A DNA stretch of 64,000 nt from the NCBI RefSeq assembly GCF_001194135.2, contig NC_068983.1:129649468-129713467 (forward strand), given 5' to 3'. The stretch is from Octopus bimaculoides (taxonomy: Eukaryota). Shown piece after piece: positions 50,284 through 64,000 of the stretch. The position numbers and the translations under genes are program-made. The first letter of the stretch is position 1, and every line of letters starts with the position of its first letter. The notes below the pieces were generated by a model. That model searched no databases, had not been told where the DNA came from, and saw only the letters and a list, made by a program, of their open reading frames with translations.

Positions 50284-50347
50284 TTTATCGCCGATGATGG
50301 AATATCCCAAACTATGCGATATCCCAGAAAGAGCTGTAAGACTAAAA
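50284..50347 (+). ncRNA. Minimal hammerhead-like motif with a CCGATGA core
   Basis: CCGATGA 50291-50297. Stem II tggaatatc/gatatccca has 8 of 9 pairs and an 11-nt loop. GAAA 50327-50330, then gAGCTGTA, one change from the palindrome ACAGCTGT plus a GUA site. Confidence 0.6.
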
Positions 50348-53300
50348 TTTTCCAATAATATTAGCGTATATGACTTGTGTTTCTTTGTTTTGCTTGAGCG
50401 TTTGCACACGTGTAGGAATATATGAAGAATATGCACTGAGAATAGTCAAAACATGTTTTCTTCATACATTTAATACTTTAACTGCTTTCTCAATATAGAC
50501 TAATTTTCAAAGTGTTTCAATAGAAAGAAGTTGTTTATGTTGCAGCTGTCTTGCTTCTAACTAGTGTTTCAAGCTTCCCCTATTGTATAGGGATCTCATG
50601 GCTCAAATGAGTATACGTTTTGAATAGGATTTGATTAGCAAAGGATAGTCATATGACAGGTATTAGAAATTTCCTCCGGCTCCCCGCTACATCCGTGTTT
50701 TAATATAAAGTCAAAATGTTTGGCGTTGTAACTTGAGCCTGACACAGTTGACTGCGCTTGTCCAAATAATCAATATTCTGAATGATTTCTGTTATATATT
50801 TGCATGCACACCCACACATGCACAAAAGTATATATATATATATATATNNNNNNNNNNNNNNNNNNNNNNNNNNNNNNNNNNNNNNNNNNNNNNNNNNNNN
50901 NNNNNNNNNNNNNNNNNNNNNNNNNNNNNNNNNNNNNNNNNNNNNNNNNNNNNNNNNNNNTTCGTGGAGAGTGCGTTTGTATTGAATTTTAGAGATTGGG
51001 GAAAAATACAGTTTTCCCTTTCCGTCTTTAATTCAAATCCGCCCACCGCCAACTTTCTCTCATTTCTTCTTTTTCTTCATCATGAATAAAATCATTACCA
51101 AAATCATCAATATCATTGTCTTAAATTTGATGATGCATAATGCAAATTTATCAAAAAAGAAATATTCAAATAGCCTCGTATATATTCCATAAAGGCATTT
51201 GAGTTAATCCAGTTCCGTCTTAAATCTTTGTAAAAAGCATCGCCTTCCATAGAAACCAATTAGTTTTTTAATTCACCATTTAGAGCTATTTTACTTTGGT
51301 TTAACGAATTATATAAGTCAAACAACAATAGTGAAATGTCGTATAGACAAGCATATTGTCTCATAAACCGTTTGCGCATAGAATATATAAACAAAGTATT
51401 TGCTTTATATTTTAGGGTTCCATTATGTGGGACAAAATTTATTCTGGTAATTCTAGTTCCTGGAATAAATTACTGTTTCTCAGATCAATCTATTCCATTA
51501 ATAATTTCATAGAAACCTTTTCATCTTTCAGAAATAAATATTCTATTTCCAACAAAGAGTGGTTTTGAAACTCATCAATTTTTGACGTTGTGTTCACAAT
51601 CGATCTTGAATATGATCACAACAAAATGCATTCTGTCATGTTAAGCATTACTAAATTTACTATTTCATACTTTGGTAATAGTTTTGTTTCGCTTTTTTAG
51701 TACGGAAATAACTACAAATATTTATATTCTTTTTATAACATTGCGGATATTTTTTTCTGTTGCTGGTGTCGATTTTAATTACGTTGTTTTATGATAATGG
51801 TGATAACGACGACGTTATGATTGTTTTTTAAGCAGTGGGGCAAGTTTGGTTGCATCTAAACAGAACGATTCTACTGGCGTTTCGCATTACGTCAGTTCTG
51901 GTCCAATGAACATAAAATAATAGGCGTGCTAGCCATGCCAATTGTAACAAGAATGTATGCATTTACGCTGGAAGAGAGTCACAACAACAGAGACAGAAAG
52001 AGAGATATAGAGACAGAAAGAGAGATATAGAGACAGAAGAGAGGAAAAGACCGTGCGAGAAACAATAGCGATATTAGGCTGGTATATTTAAAACACATCT
52101 GTCGCAACTGATATAACATTTAAAGTTTCATTGTTACAGGTACCCCATAGATCCCTTCCAACTGATATATTTTCGGTTGACCGTCCATACTGTGTACACA
52201 GGGTATATATGTACATGAGTGTGTGTGTATCAGTATATGCGTGTGTGTGTTTGTGTGTGAGAGTAGAAATAGGTTTCTATGTTATTTACTACTGAATGTC
52301 ACTTCACTTATAAACCCAATGAGGCAGGATTTTGAAAATATTTTTGTGCTTTGTATTGTATGAATTACTGTTAAAGCAACTACACGCTCCAGATCATGTC
52401 GTACATATATCCCTGTTTTGGGGTACGACAAATCCCGAAAGCGGAGTTGCAATAATTTGTTCAGACGAAGATGGAAGCATTAAGATTGCAAAATGTTTCT
52501 TAGTCTAAAGATTGTGCATGGATACGATTGGTTATTCTTTGAGCAGAATCTACGTTTCTGAATGCAACTATTGAAGCAAACAATTTCAATATACACTGAT
52601 CACTGCCAAGAAGAAATACTTAGCGTAAGAAAGCGGGCGAATATAGGAATTTCTGAACGAGATCCATTGAGATTTAATATATCTACAAAATAGACAATCA
52701 CGACGAAGAATTAACTGTTGAATAAAATAGTTCCTTTATATCCTATTCTAGTGTTTGAAATTAATGTTATGGTGCTAAAAAGGTTCCTCTAAGTAAGCAT
52801 ATACGTGGCACAGTGGTTGCAAATTTAAAATGAAAACCCAGGACTATATTCAAAAACATAAATTTATATAATGATTTCATTTCATTTCACACTGTCTTAA
52901 ATGAAATCAAAAAAGAATTTAATAATGCAAAATATACAAATTACACGGGTAACCTTTTTTTGGTTCCGGACATCTTACTCTCTCTCTCCCACTCGCTTTC
53001 GTTCTCTCCCTGTCCACTTCGTCTTCCTCTCTCTCTGTATATATATATATATNNNNNNNNNNNNNNNNNNNNNNNNNNNNNNNNNNNNNNNNNNNNNNNN
53101 NNNNNNNNNNNNNNNNNNNNNNNNNNNNNNNNNNNNNNNNNNNNNNNNNNNNNNNNNNNNNNNNNNNNNNNNNNNNNNNNNNNNNNNNNNNNNNNNNNNN
53201 NNNNNNNNNNNNNNNNNNNNNNNNNNNNNNNNNNNNNNNATATATTTGACATCGAATAATATGTACATGAAAGTGTATGCGTCTCTGCATCACTATGTCT

Positions 53301-56199
53301 ATAGATCTGAAAATGAAGTAGCTTTATTCGGTGTTATTCACAAAACAGTTTTTAATGAGCTTACAGAGACACACATGAGAATGACATTTTCGTTTGCAAT
53401 TACCACATCCAAAAGCGCTGTGTGTAGGTCATCTCCTGATGCTCTCTGTTTTCATAGATTTTGCTTTTCTATAATAAGTCTTTGCTAGAGACATCTTAAA
53501 GTGTTGTCTGGCTCCAATCTCCAATGGTAGCAATTAACAACAAATCTTCGCACATCTCGTTCATGTAGAAAAATATTATGTTCACTTGGCAAGCATTCTG
53601 AAACGAAGAGGAGTGGGGCAACTATTAGTTGTCTTGATGGAGCCTCATACTCAACTTACTTTGTTCTTACCAGCGGAGTATTCCTTATTGCAGCAGTTTA
53701 ATAAAGCTGGGTAAATCAGTGCGAGTTTGCCATTGATGGTAACTTGTGAAGTTAATCTGACATTCAAAATGTTTTTCAGACTGAGTTGATGAAAGGATAA
53801 TGATAAGATCTGAAGAAAGTATCTCGTCTAGAGTAGATCTTTCGTATTTCACTTTCATTAAGAAGTGCATTGAGGACGCAAAAGTTGGCACACCATTTCA
53901 GCTTAGATTTCTATAAAACTATCGCTGTCAGATCAGCTACAATGGCGGCTACATTTCCGGAATATATATTGGAAATATATGTACCTGAGAGGTTGTTGTG
54001 ATGGTGGAGCTAAAGTACACATCATCAATAGAATGCACGTATTGAGGCTCGAGCTCGGACAGTGATCAAACCCTTGCGCCAGTGAAATTGTTTGTCAGAA
54101 ATCGTGAAAAGTGTCCGTGTGGGTTAACACCGTCAGTACTTATTTCAAATGTGTGCTTCAACGTGACAGTGTCGACATGATCCACACGACTGCAACTTCT
54201 GAACGATTCGAAAAGGAAACAACCAAAATGGATGACGACTTTCGCGATAATATGAACTAAATGGTCAATCTAAATCAACTTTATAACGAACGCAATCCTT
54301 CAATCGAAATTAGAACTCATCATCTCTATTCGCATGTTCGGAGGCATTTTGGAGAACAATGAAAACAATTTAGATTGGTTATCTCTGCTTTCTGGGTTTT
54401 TTTCTCATTGTGAAACGAATAATAGTATATCAAAAGTTGAGCGTTATGAGCCACCGCTGCACTACGACTCGAGTGTAAACTTCCAGTGATTTTCTAGATT
54501 GCTTAGTATTATGATAAAAGAACGAAAACTTTCGCAACAATGACGCAGACAGGAAATTACTCTGCCAGCTTGTTTGAGTAATTGTAAAGTAGTTCTTAAC
54601 TAAATTGTATTTCTCTTTTCGAAGCTGAATAGCATATACAAACCAAATTTAGTTTTCTTTTTTTTTTTCTGAGTGCTACTTGTCAATTTGATCTCCATTC
54701 TGTTCCAAGTACACTCAGAAAGCAAACTATGGATAACGCAACCATCAAAACAGTTTTTGTTCGGTGTTTTTTGCGTCTTCCCAAATCGTTGCCGGTTCTT
54801 GACTTGTACCACTAACGCTATTCTTTGAGTATCACTATAAAAATACGTAGTGATGCGAAATCTGGTTAATGCAAAGTGTATTTTGGTGCACACTATTGTC
54901 TAATCTATTTGTACGGCACAATCTATTCAGAATAGAGCCACACATCACCCTGGTAATATTCCGGTATTTCAGGTTGCTGAAAATAAATTCCACATCTTCA
55001 AAAACTCCTTGGAAGTATGAAGTATGGTAGGACAGATTGTCGTCGAAAGTTCAAGCAAATGAGCAACATCCCGATACCGCCCAGAGAGAATGTGTCAATT
55101 AATTCTCTTGATAATACCACAATAATGCAGCTCTTAGTAAATTAACATGATACTCCTCCGTAGATTTCACTTTCTGATGTCCCCAGAAAATGCAAATATG
55201 ACGGATAAATGCGTCAATTACATAAAATCTTATCTCGTGATTAAAAAATCTGTTGTTTAAAAGTGAACCACTTCTAACAATTCTCTCAAATATCACTGGC
55301 AAAACTACATCTTAGGTCTAGATCACCCTCATCTGAGCATGGGCCCTCCTTGGAATACGACTCGCTCGATAACAGCACGCAAAATGTAAAGACCGACAGA
55401 AGTTTGAAACTCCTTTCGCACAACCCCCTTGCCGTTCTGATTTTCCTGAGCTCTGGCAATACAGATATGAAAACCTGTCTTTCTGCATTGCTCTTCTTCC
55501 GGTCATTCTGTAGAATTCCATCGTCTACAGATTCACCTTCAACGCAAGATATGGCAATTGTTTCAGGTTCATCTGTTTGAAATTCAACTACTAAACAGTG
55601 CTCGCACATTCACTGGGTTTCCAATTTTCTAGTAGCATTTAAGGATATTTTTCGTTGTTCAAAATTTACTTTGGCTCCCGGCCTTATTTCTTAATGCGTG
55701 AATTCCAGCCATCAATTAGTTATTTGTTAGCAGTGAATACTGTATATATTTTACGGAGGGTCACACTGAACGCGCGCGCACACACACACTCACACACATC
55801 CACACAAATAAACGTACACACGCGCTCACACACACATCATAAAGTGATGTGATTAGCGTATGCACTTTTGAATCTGTGTGGCGGATGCTTATATAAGTCA
55901 TCGTTTCGATTCCTGCTGCTCAACGAGTATACGACGATTTATCATGATTACACGTACGATAAAGGAAACTTAAATATACATTATACCGAATCAGTGCTAT
56001 GTCATGTTTCCTTGCTCGTTAAGTATCCACAGGAATAGCTGAAGAATAACGTAGAGAAAACAATTATTTGTAAGTAAATTTCATCGTTAAATATTTATAT
56101 AATATCGGCAAAAGATACTCATTATTTTCATGGTGAGCGAGAATATGATTTCAAACAGAGAAGATTGACGTACGCTGCTATATATTTGCCTGATATTAG

Positions 56200-57000
56200 T
56201 TTAGCACTTGCTAAGATACATCATTCTTCCTGTTGAATGATACAGCTGGTTGGTGGAATATGTGGAGACTTTGGTGGAGACAGAGTTGGGGATTATCACT
56301 TCCATGGGGGTGACTGTGTGAACTATGATATGTTTTTGAAAATTCATTTCCATGGTTGCGCATTCACCATATCAAACGAGACAGTGAAGTGAAAATAATC
56401 TTTACCCTGCATCTGTAGTTGTGCATTTATTGTGCATATATCCTTAAAATAATTACCTGCCATTCACATTTAGAGATTTGAGATGCCTTCATGTAGTATG
56501 AGGGTGAATGTATAAAATATAGCTTTTGAAACACTTAGGTACCTCTTGAGGACATCTAGCCGGTATCGTTCTTTACATGTTTAACTGTAATGATCCTGTA
56601 TGTAAATGTTTACATGAATTGTAACGTCCAATGCTTGAAGCAATGGTGTCTAGACAGGAATAACTGACCTTAACATGTGAGTATTGTTGAATACCAATAT
56701 ATTCAAGGGAAATGATTTAATTACTCTCAGGAAGGTACTTGCTATTGTAGTTGGAACTTCTAGCTTCAATAATGGATTGGCCTAAATTGTCCTTCTCTTT
56801 CTGACCCTCCCCCGATTCACAGGCACGTGTGATGTGTCTTCATGTATACTATAGTGTAGGTGCTGCCTACGCTTGCTAATGATTCTTAATGGGGGGAGGG
56901 TTAGCCTTGTTGAAATATCACTATCGATTGATTCAGTACATATTCTACGTATGCTGGTGACTTGCATTCTAATTCGGGATGGATGGTACAGCATAGTATG
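56200..57000 (-). mobile_element. Possible highly decayed LINE C-terminal region (I/Nimb-like)
   Basis: Only weak fragments (VPS; VIKSFPLNIG; SCKHLH..ITVKH) in a plausible order. Confidence 0.25.
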
Positions 57001-57224
57001 TGTATGTAAACGTTTTCGTCGTTATGTGACGAGGAAAAATATGTCATAGATATAAAGAAATCTTCGACAATATTTATGAAATCCTTCCCGAAATTCTCCT
57101 TGGTAATGCATGCATAACACTAGAACTTCCTAGACACTCATCCACATTAAAGACAAGATTATGTAGATGTGTGCGCTTATACCCCTAAATCTTGCACATA
57201 CATATATACTCATATATGCACGTA

Positions 57225-57258
<34 letters not shown>

Positions 57259-57261
57259 TTA

Positions 57262-57420
57262 TACAGGGTTATTCAAAAAGAACGATCTGATTTCATAACG
57301 TGCAGGCTAAGGACAAAGGGCGTCTGGGAGAAATTCTCTAATCGCATTCATGTTGCCCGTGTTGCATGTGGTTGCCATATTGAACACTTGTAAGACAGGA
57401 AATAAAATTTGGGATGCATT
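57262..57420 (+). mobile_element. Short internally deleted Tc1/mariner-superfamily fragment
   Basis: TA followed by cagggttattcaaaaagaacgatc (TIR-like), joined to VWEKFSNRIHVARVACGCHIEHL*, which resembles a transposase C-terminus. No convincing second TIR. Confidence 0.45.
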
Positions 57421-57599
57421 AAAGAGGGATGCTTAAACATGAAGCTTCCTTTAAAAGAATTGTGTGTCCTTATTTTTAGTACAGTATAGAATATATTTGG
57501 TTTTCGTTTACATGCAGAAGAGGTTTAGCGTTTCTGTCACTGGCACAAAATGCGGCTGCTTATTACATTTGAAGCGGATTGATAACAGTTAGGAACTAC

Positions 57600-58100
57600 A
57601 TTTGTACAGAGGCTATCCACTACTCACTGCTTCAGTACGCATCCTATAACAGATCATAAGGTAAAACTAATGACAACATGTGTACATATAAGCGTATACT
57701 TCCGTATGAAAAGAGAATAGAATTGAGGACAGCTAACCTAATGTACAGCAAATTATTCATGTAGCTCAGGTATAGGTAATGGAATAATTTCAACAGAACC
57801 ACGCTTTGACGACGGAAATACTGCAGCGATACAAAACGCAGGTCGGCAGAGATGAGCTCGACAAACAGATAGTGCACACCAGCCCTTCCCTGAGAAAGCT
57901 CTGTCCAAGAACAACACCTATCATTACTCTGAGGAGTGCACATTGTCGAACTGCCCCATTCAATATCTCTGAATTTTGGCTGAGGATCTATGTTGTATAT
58001 CACATCATCTGTGACAAATGTGGCGCAACCTACATAGGAAGCACGGCAAAACAACTGTAAATGTGCAGTACGGAACACATGCAGGCAGACACTTCCACGA
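57600..58100 (+). mobile_element. Penelope-like element remnant: RT end plus GIY-YIG
   Basis: RGYP (~57608) and IYVVYHIICDKCGATYIGSTAKQL*MCSTEH (57988-58080). Confidence 0.82.
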
Positions 58101-58159
58101 AGAAATACGTATGTGTGTGTGTGTGTGTCTCTCTGCGTGCGTGTGTGTGTATGTGTGTA

Positions 58160-58235
<76 letters not shown>

Positions 58236-58815
58236 TTTGTGCGTGTTTGCAAACCGAAAAATAGGATTTGCGGTACCGTAATGATCATTTTGCTACACAT
58301 GTAATACTAAAAAAATAGAATACATGAATTGTGTATTTCAGTTTTGAATAATTCTTGGAAAATATAAATAGATAGATAATTAAACAAAGGCTGACTTTGG
58401 CATCAATTCCCAAAATTATGATTCATTGAGTTTCAGCTGTGTCTTTCATTTTTTTAATGTACTTATCTGAGCTATTTCAATCAATTTGTTGTCGGAAGTG
58501 AGCATAATGTGATTGCATTTTATATGTTGAAGAGTCATAATTTGGGATTTTCCTGCAGAGCGAACGTTCCTTTAAATATCACACATATAATAGGAGCAAA
58601 TTATGCAATTGCACAAAAAATATGAAAGATACCATACTGCTGAATGGGGAAAAGAGAGTGACAATCGTCGATATAAATACCTAGAGTACTAGTCGAAATA
58701 AAGTACAGCGTATTACCCAAGGCGTACTTATATTACATCGTATGAAATATGCAATGATTTCTGTTATCCATATATTTCTGTGAACTCTAAAGTGAGAGAT
58801 AACAATTACACACAC

Positions 58816-58873
<58 letters not shown>

Positions 58874-59967
58874 ACATACATACATATATACATATATATG
58901 TGTGTGTGTGTGTGTGTGTTTGTGTGTGTGTGTGCGCGCGTGTATTATTTTATGTTATACTCTTAAAGATTATATCTATAATCTCACAACATTTGTTTCC
59001 TATACATGTGCTACGGCCTTATAAACGAATTCTCAGATCCTGCTTTTAAAATCGGAATAAATTCCGATCTGTCCTCTGCCAATGTTACATACGTATTTAT
59101 ATTCTAACGTTTTGTACTGAAGCAATGTTTCGCACTAAATTCCTTCGGAGAACAGCGTTTTCAATATTTGGTGAATCGTTGCATATATAATTTCAAAATA
59201 GTATGATCCAAAGTGAATATCGCACTTCTTATCTTTATTCTACAGTGAAAATCAATATATGTGAGTTGAGTTAAAGATACCTACTCTCTGTGATTAATCT
59301 ATTAAAATATATTTGTCATGAGATATCTAAAATATAATCGTGCGGGCATCACATGAGTGCGCTTTACATGAATCAAAAAGATATCATTAAAATGAAAAAC
59401 GTATATTGTATGATTATAAGAAATGCAATGAAACAAAATACACATAAACACTTATTGTCGTACATTGTATCTCTGTTAGTATTTACAGTTACTATTAAAA
59501 AATTATACTGGATTACTACTATGAACACGTCTCAAAACTTTGTCGGATTACTATATGAAATTTATTCAGAAATCCGATGACTCCTTCCTATATCACTATG
59601 GATTAACTAATTCTTATAAAGGTGGATAAACTTTCCTTCCTTTTATATTTCTGAAGAATGTTTAGGCAACATCAATATGATTATCATTTCGCTTCCACTG
59701 AGATAAGTTACATAATCATGCACGATCGTAAACTTTTTTATACATTTTCTTATTCTCGATTGTTCATTCGTATTCGCAAAATTTACGTGGTAATACAATT
59801 CTCTATGTCAATATACTTCTTCTATTCTCTCTCATATCCTAATATATAATTGTTCTTTTGCTTTACTTTTTGTCCTTAAACATTTCTTCCAAGATCTTTG
59901 GGGAACGTTCCGATTCGAGTATTTCACTGGTGATGCCTAATACATTTTGTCCTAAAAAGTTATACTA

Positions 59968-60027
<60 letters not shown>

Positions 60028-60032
<5 letters not shown>

Positions 60033-61152
60033 GCGGCCATAATATAAGGATCAGTAAGAACATCTGTATTCATATAGTTATTGTAGAAAATTAACAACAC
60101 GTTCAGACTAGATAATTTACACATATTACATATTTAGATATTTCCATAATCTATTTTTCGCGAAAATTTCGAATGAATAGGATAGATATTTCGTAAGTTA
60201 TGAGGAACTAAACGAACAATCTTCCAAATTGCACCAGTCAAAAAAATGAACTTCTAACCGAGTTATTTGTTACTTAAATGGGTCATCTATTACTTCTTAT
60301 GCGCTTACTTTATTGGAACATTCAACAGCAACAGGCTAGAATGTCACTGAAGGTTAGGTTTAAGAGTGCTACCGAGATATCCAGCAAAATTAGCTTCACT
60401 TCCGCTGACAACGTAACGCGCTGAACAGTTTTCCCGTTGTTACGAGGTTCCGGGTTGCTTGCTCGGGTACCGGCAAAGAAACCTCTGATCTCCAAAAAGA
60501 TTCAGAGAGCCCGTCTTTGTTTCGCTAGCGTGTGGACAAAACAGGTTAATTTTAGCGATATTTAATGATATTGATTCCGATGGCAGGATGTACGTCCGAC
60601 GAAGTGACGAAAGGTTATCTTGTGCGTGTATGAAGGGACAGTGAAATACATACGAGGCAGTGTAATGCTACGTGGGTGGGGTGATCTCTGCTGCTGGTCG
60701 AGGTCCACCTACAAGTGACTGCCAATGCTGAAATCTATGAGCAGATACTTAGTATGCCCTTCCACATCCAATCCTCGACAGTTCAACCTTCTATCTTCAT
60801 GTATGTCAACTCTTCTTGTCATCACGCGAAGAGGGTCAAGGATTTTTTGAGTGATGGAGGGTCGATCGCATGAACTGGCCAACACAAAGTCCCGATCTCA
60901 ATGCTATAGAAAACGTTTGGAAGATTATCTCCAGAGAAGTAAAATGAAATTTGGGTATTATTGAAAAACGAATGGAAGAATATTACTTCATGATTTTGCA
61001 AGAAATTAATTCACTCCTGTGGCAACGGATGTCAGGTCATTGATAGTAAAGGGATGTTCACAAAATATTAATAGTAAGGTTTTTTTCTTTTGTTCTTGTT
61101 CCATTTTCCATTGTTTTTTCTAAGTGACCCTTAACTTTCGGCCATTGCAGTT
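60028..61152 (+). mobile_element. Decayed Tc1-family element with probable TIRs
   Basis: ARVPAKKPLISKK..RARLCFA, DSDGRMYVRR, GTVK..GSVM, CHHAKRVKDFL and WPTQSPDLNAIENVWK. Ends ggccataatataaggatca (60035-60053) and tgacccttaactttcggcc (61125-61143) are imperfect inverted repeats; the left end abuts (TA)n. Confidence 0.88.
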
Positions 61153-61310
61153 TGGAATATTATTTGCTTATTTCCTCATAATTTACGAGATGTTTATTCA
61201 TTCACTTTTCACGTAAGTTATATAAATATCTAGTCTCAAAGTTTTGTTACTTTTCTGTAATAAACATTTCTATACGCTTGTCCGTACTGAGTCTTATATT
61301 ATGCCAGGTA

Positions 61311-61352
<42 letters not shown>

Positions 61353-63261
61353 AATTAACATTAAAATGTATAGAAGGCATTTTTTAGAAAGAATACTTGA
61401 AGTGCTTCTATTGTGATTTCAAATTATTTGTTTCTAATCATCATCAGTCAAATGGTAAATGAATAACATTTGAATCTATGCAAACAAACACCATGTCCTT
61501 GGACAATGTTATTATCGATAATTCTATCTTAACATTTCAAAATATAAAATTAACTAGAGTATGACTAACGTTTAGAAATGAAGTCAAAATCTAAAGCAGT
61601 CTTCGTTACACGCAACAAATTTTATGTCTCAGTGAACTCGTATAGGAAATAGACTTGAGTTACCCGTATAATACAGGCGTATTTATTTTGGGGATAATAA
61701 GATAGTCAAAAGTCGATCGAAACACGATTCAATCATAGTACTATGAGTTATTTGCATGTGACACAATTCATTCTAATGCCTGATAATCGATAAAACATTT
61801 TAAATTATTTTAGTTCTATATGTAGAAATTTCTTCATTGGCTTTAGCTGAAAATAACTTACCAAATTAATTTTCTATTGCGTTTAGCTTAAGCCGTCTCT
61901 TCCATAGTTCTTGGAAAGATGTTTTATATATAGATATACGTGCCATTGAATCTCACCTCAGCTAACATATTTCTTTGCTCATTTCTACTTAAATCTGTAA
62001 CACCACGGTAGCATTGCACGTTGCTATTATAACCTACACATCACATTGTTTCCTTCAATCATATATCTTGTTCATATCAGTTTATGCATTGTTTGTATAC
62101 AATTACAGGTGGGTAATGTATATAATTCTAAACCACATAAGCTATTACCCATATCAACAGAGCACAATACAAATGTGAAGGAATAACTGATTGTTAATTA
62201 GAGAAATCTAGTGTTAATTAACAGTCATTATATCTATTGTTGTATTTGTCATTAACTTCATGCAAAATTCTCAACAGGCCTACAATTAAATACGCGAAGA
62301 GAGCAAAGATTGATATCTCATTATAAGGAAGCCATTTCCAGTGAGAAGTGTTAACCTGCTCAATGCACGTTGAAATCTCATCATAACACGCTTTGAAGCA
62401 GTTTTTGCAGAATTGAATTGCGTAGTTGGTTTAACGCTTGAAACACATCAATATCAATAAAATTGGTTTAGTTTCTCTTTTTAATTTTACTATTACTTAT
62501 ACAGAAATAAATATATTACCAAAGCAGATGATGCTACTGATTAGCTCCACATCAACGCTGATTGAAACGGCAACAACAAACAAATAAATAAATAGATAAA
62601 CATATGAATAAATGCAAAACAGGGAAACATTGATACAACTCTTAAGGTAACATTTTGAAGTAAACGCATTTTAAGAAACCTTCAACAAGTAGAATGTCAT
62701 ATATTTGTTTTTACTTTGTAGTATTTTGGACGTATTTTCAATGAAATCAATATCATTGTAATTTGGGATTTGGTGATGAATCTTATTATCAGGCCAAATC
62801 GGTTGCAGCGTAGCAATTTTTAATTTTTGTTTAAACTTTTGAAGTAATCCGTTTGCACTATTGTTTGTTATGAACAGATGTAATTCTATTTATTGTCGAA
62901 GTATCGAAATGTAGCACTACGGGAATTTAACGAACAATACACAACAAATTGTACATTCTAAAGTTTTCGAATTTCTTTCTGATGATACAAGGCTCATTTC
63001 TTATGTATCTGGCTTATGAAATGAAGGATCCCTGCTGTAATTATGCGTCTATATTATTATCTATTCGTTCTCAGGATTATTTAAAGGAGTAGCGTTCGAT
63101 TTGTAAAACAAATGTTTGTATATCTAGCATTCCTCCCTATATTTCTTTTCAAAATTGTACAATTTCTCACATATGGTATAAAAAGAAAAGAAAATACCTT
63201 TATTTTACATGATAACGGAACAGCGGTATATATAAAGTTCTAGAATGAGCGTAGAGAGTAT

Positions 63262-63975
63262 AATTACGTATGCCCTTATATGTATATGTATATGTTTTTA
63301 TTTTTACGTTTTAATTTATTCTTTCAACAACTAATTAATCAATGATGTACTCACCCTTGTTGTTTACAACTTCTCAAAGTTCAACAAGATTTTCAATACC
63401 TCGTTGCTAGAAATCAACCGATTTCAAAAAATTGATCCAACCATGCTCGCATTTCTCCATCAGTATTGAACAAAACGCCGAACATAGCATGGGAATGAGA
63501 TCGAAGGAGGTGGAAATCCGTTGGTGACAAATCGGTAAAGTACGGCGGGTGTGGAAGCTCTTCTCAGCCGCGCGTTTGAATGGCTTCCTGGTTCATATTG
63601 GTGATATGATGGCGGACATTGTCGTGCAGCAGAAGAGCTCCATGCTGCCGATCAGGTCTTTTCACTTGGGTAGCCGTGTTGAGCCGTTCCATCTGTTGAA
63701 CATAGACTTCCGCGTTGACCGAATGGTTCCGTTCAAGCAATTTCATAATGGATAATCCCACCATACACACAACATCGTTTTACGCGGATGAAGATCTTGT
63801 TTGACGCGCGGTTTCTCTCGTTTACCGGGGCTAAGCCATTCATTACGCTGCTTCATATTGAAGCACAGGCACCATTTTTCGTCGCCAGTAACGATTCGGT
63901 AAAGGAATCGTTGCATGTGACTATTAGTTGAGCGGGGACGTGCAAGCACACCACCAGAGATTAGTTGCCAAGCCA
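63262..63975 (-). mobile_element. Mariner (D,D34D) transposase pseudogene, 5'-truncated at an (AT)n tract
   Basis: FLYRIVTGDEKW, LHPRKTMLCVWWD and LLLHDN...HPPYFTDLSPTDFHL, with exactly 34 residues between the second and third Asp. Frameshift and in-frame stop present. Confidence 0.95.
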
Positions 63976-64000
63976 ATATATATATATATATATATATATA

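Overview
AT-rich, microsatellite-dense animal DNA from a gapped draft assembly (12 N-gaps, most bordered by (AT)n/(AC)n). The SINE and repeat vocabulary resembles what I recall from Octopus genomes; this is inference, not a search result. I cannot support any complete host gene. Most ORFs in the supplied track are artefacts of simple repeats or N-runs, or antisense reads of transposon debris. The window looks like a large intron or an intergenic tract. Recognisable content: (1) three decayed Penelope-like (PLE) GIY-YIG/RT remnants; (2) several R4/Dong-type (RLE) non-LTR retrotransposon remnants, including an old tandem duplication punctuated by (GAA)n tracts; (3) a Chapaev3 transposase remnant with one terminus; (4) two mariner remnants and one Tc1 remnant; (5) tRNA-derived SINEs, one with a perfect 18-bp target-site duplication; (6) many microsatellites. 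The best lead is a set of six minimal hammerhead-ribozyme-like motifs, several in inverted PLE-type terminal-repeat pairs. Three of them carry a non-canonical CCGAYGA core (U4C) while keeping or covarying stem II. Secondary leads are a possible EGF-end/CUB-like exon at 3776-3894 and a few microexon-like segments. No RNA genes, CRISPR arrays or prokaryotic systems are evident.
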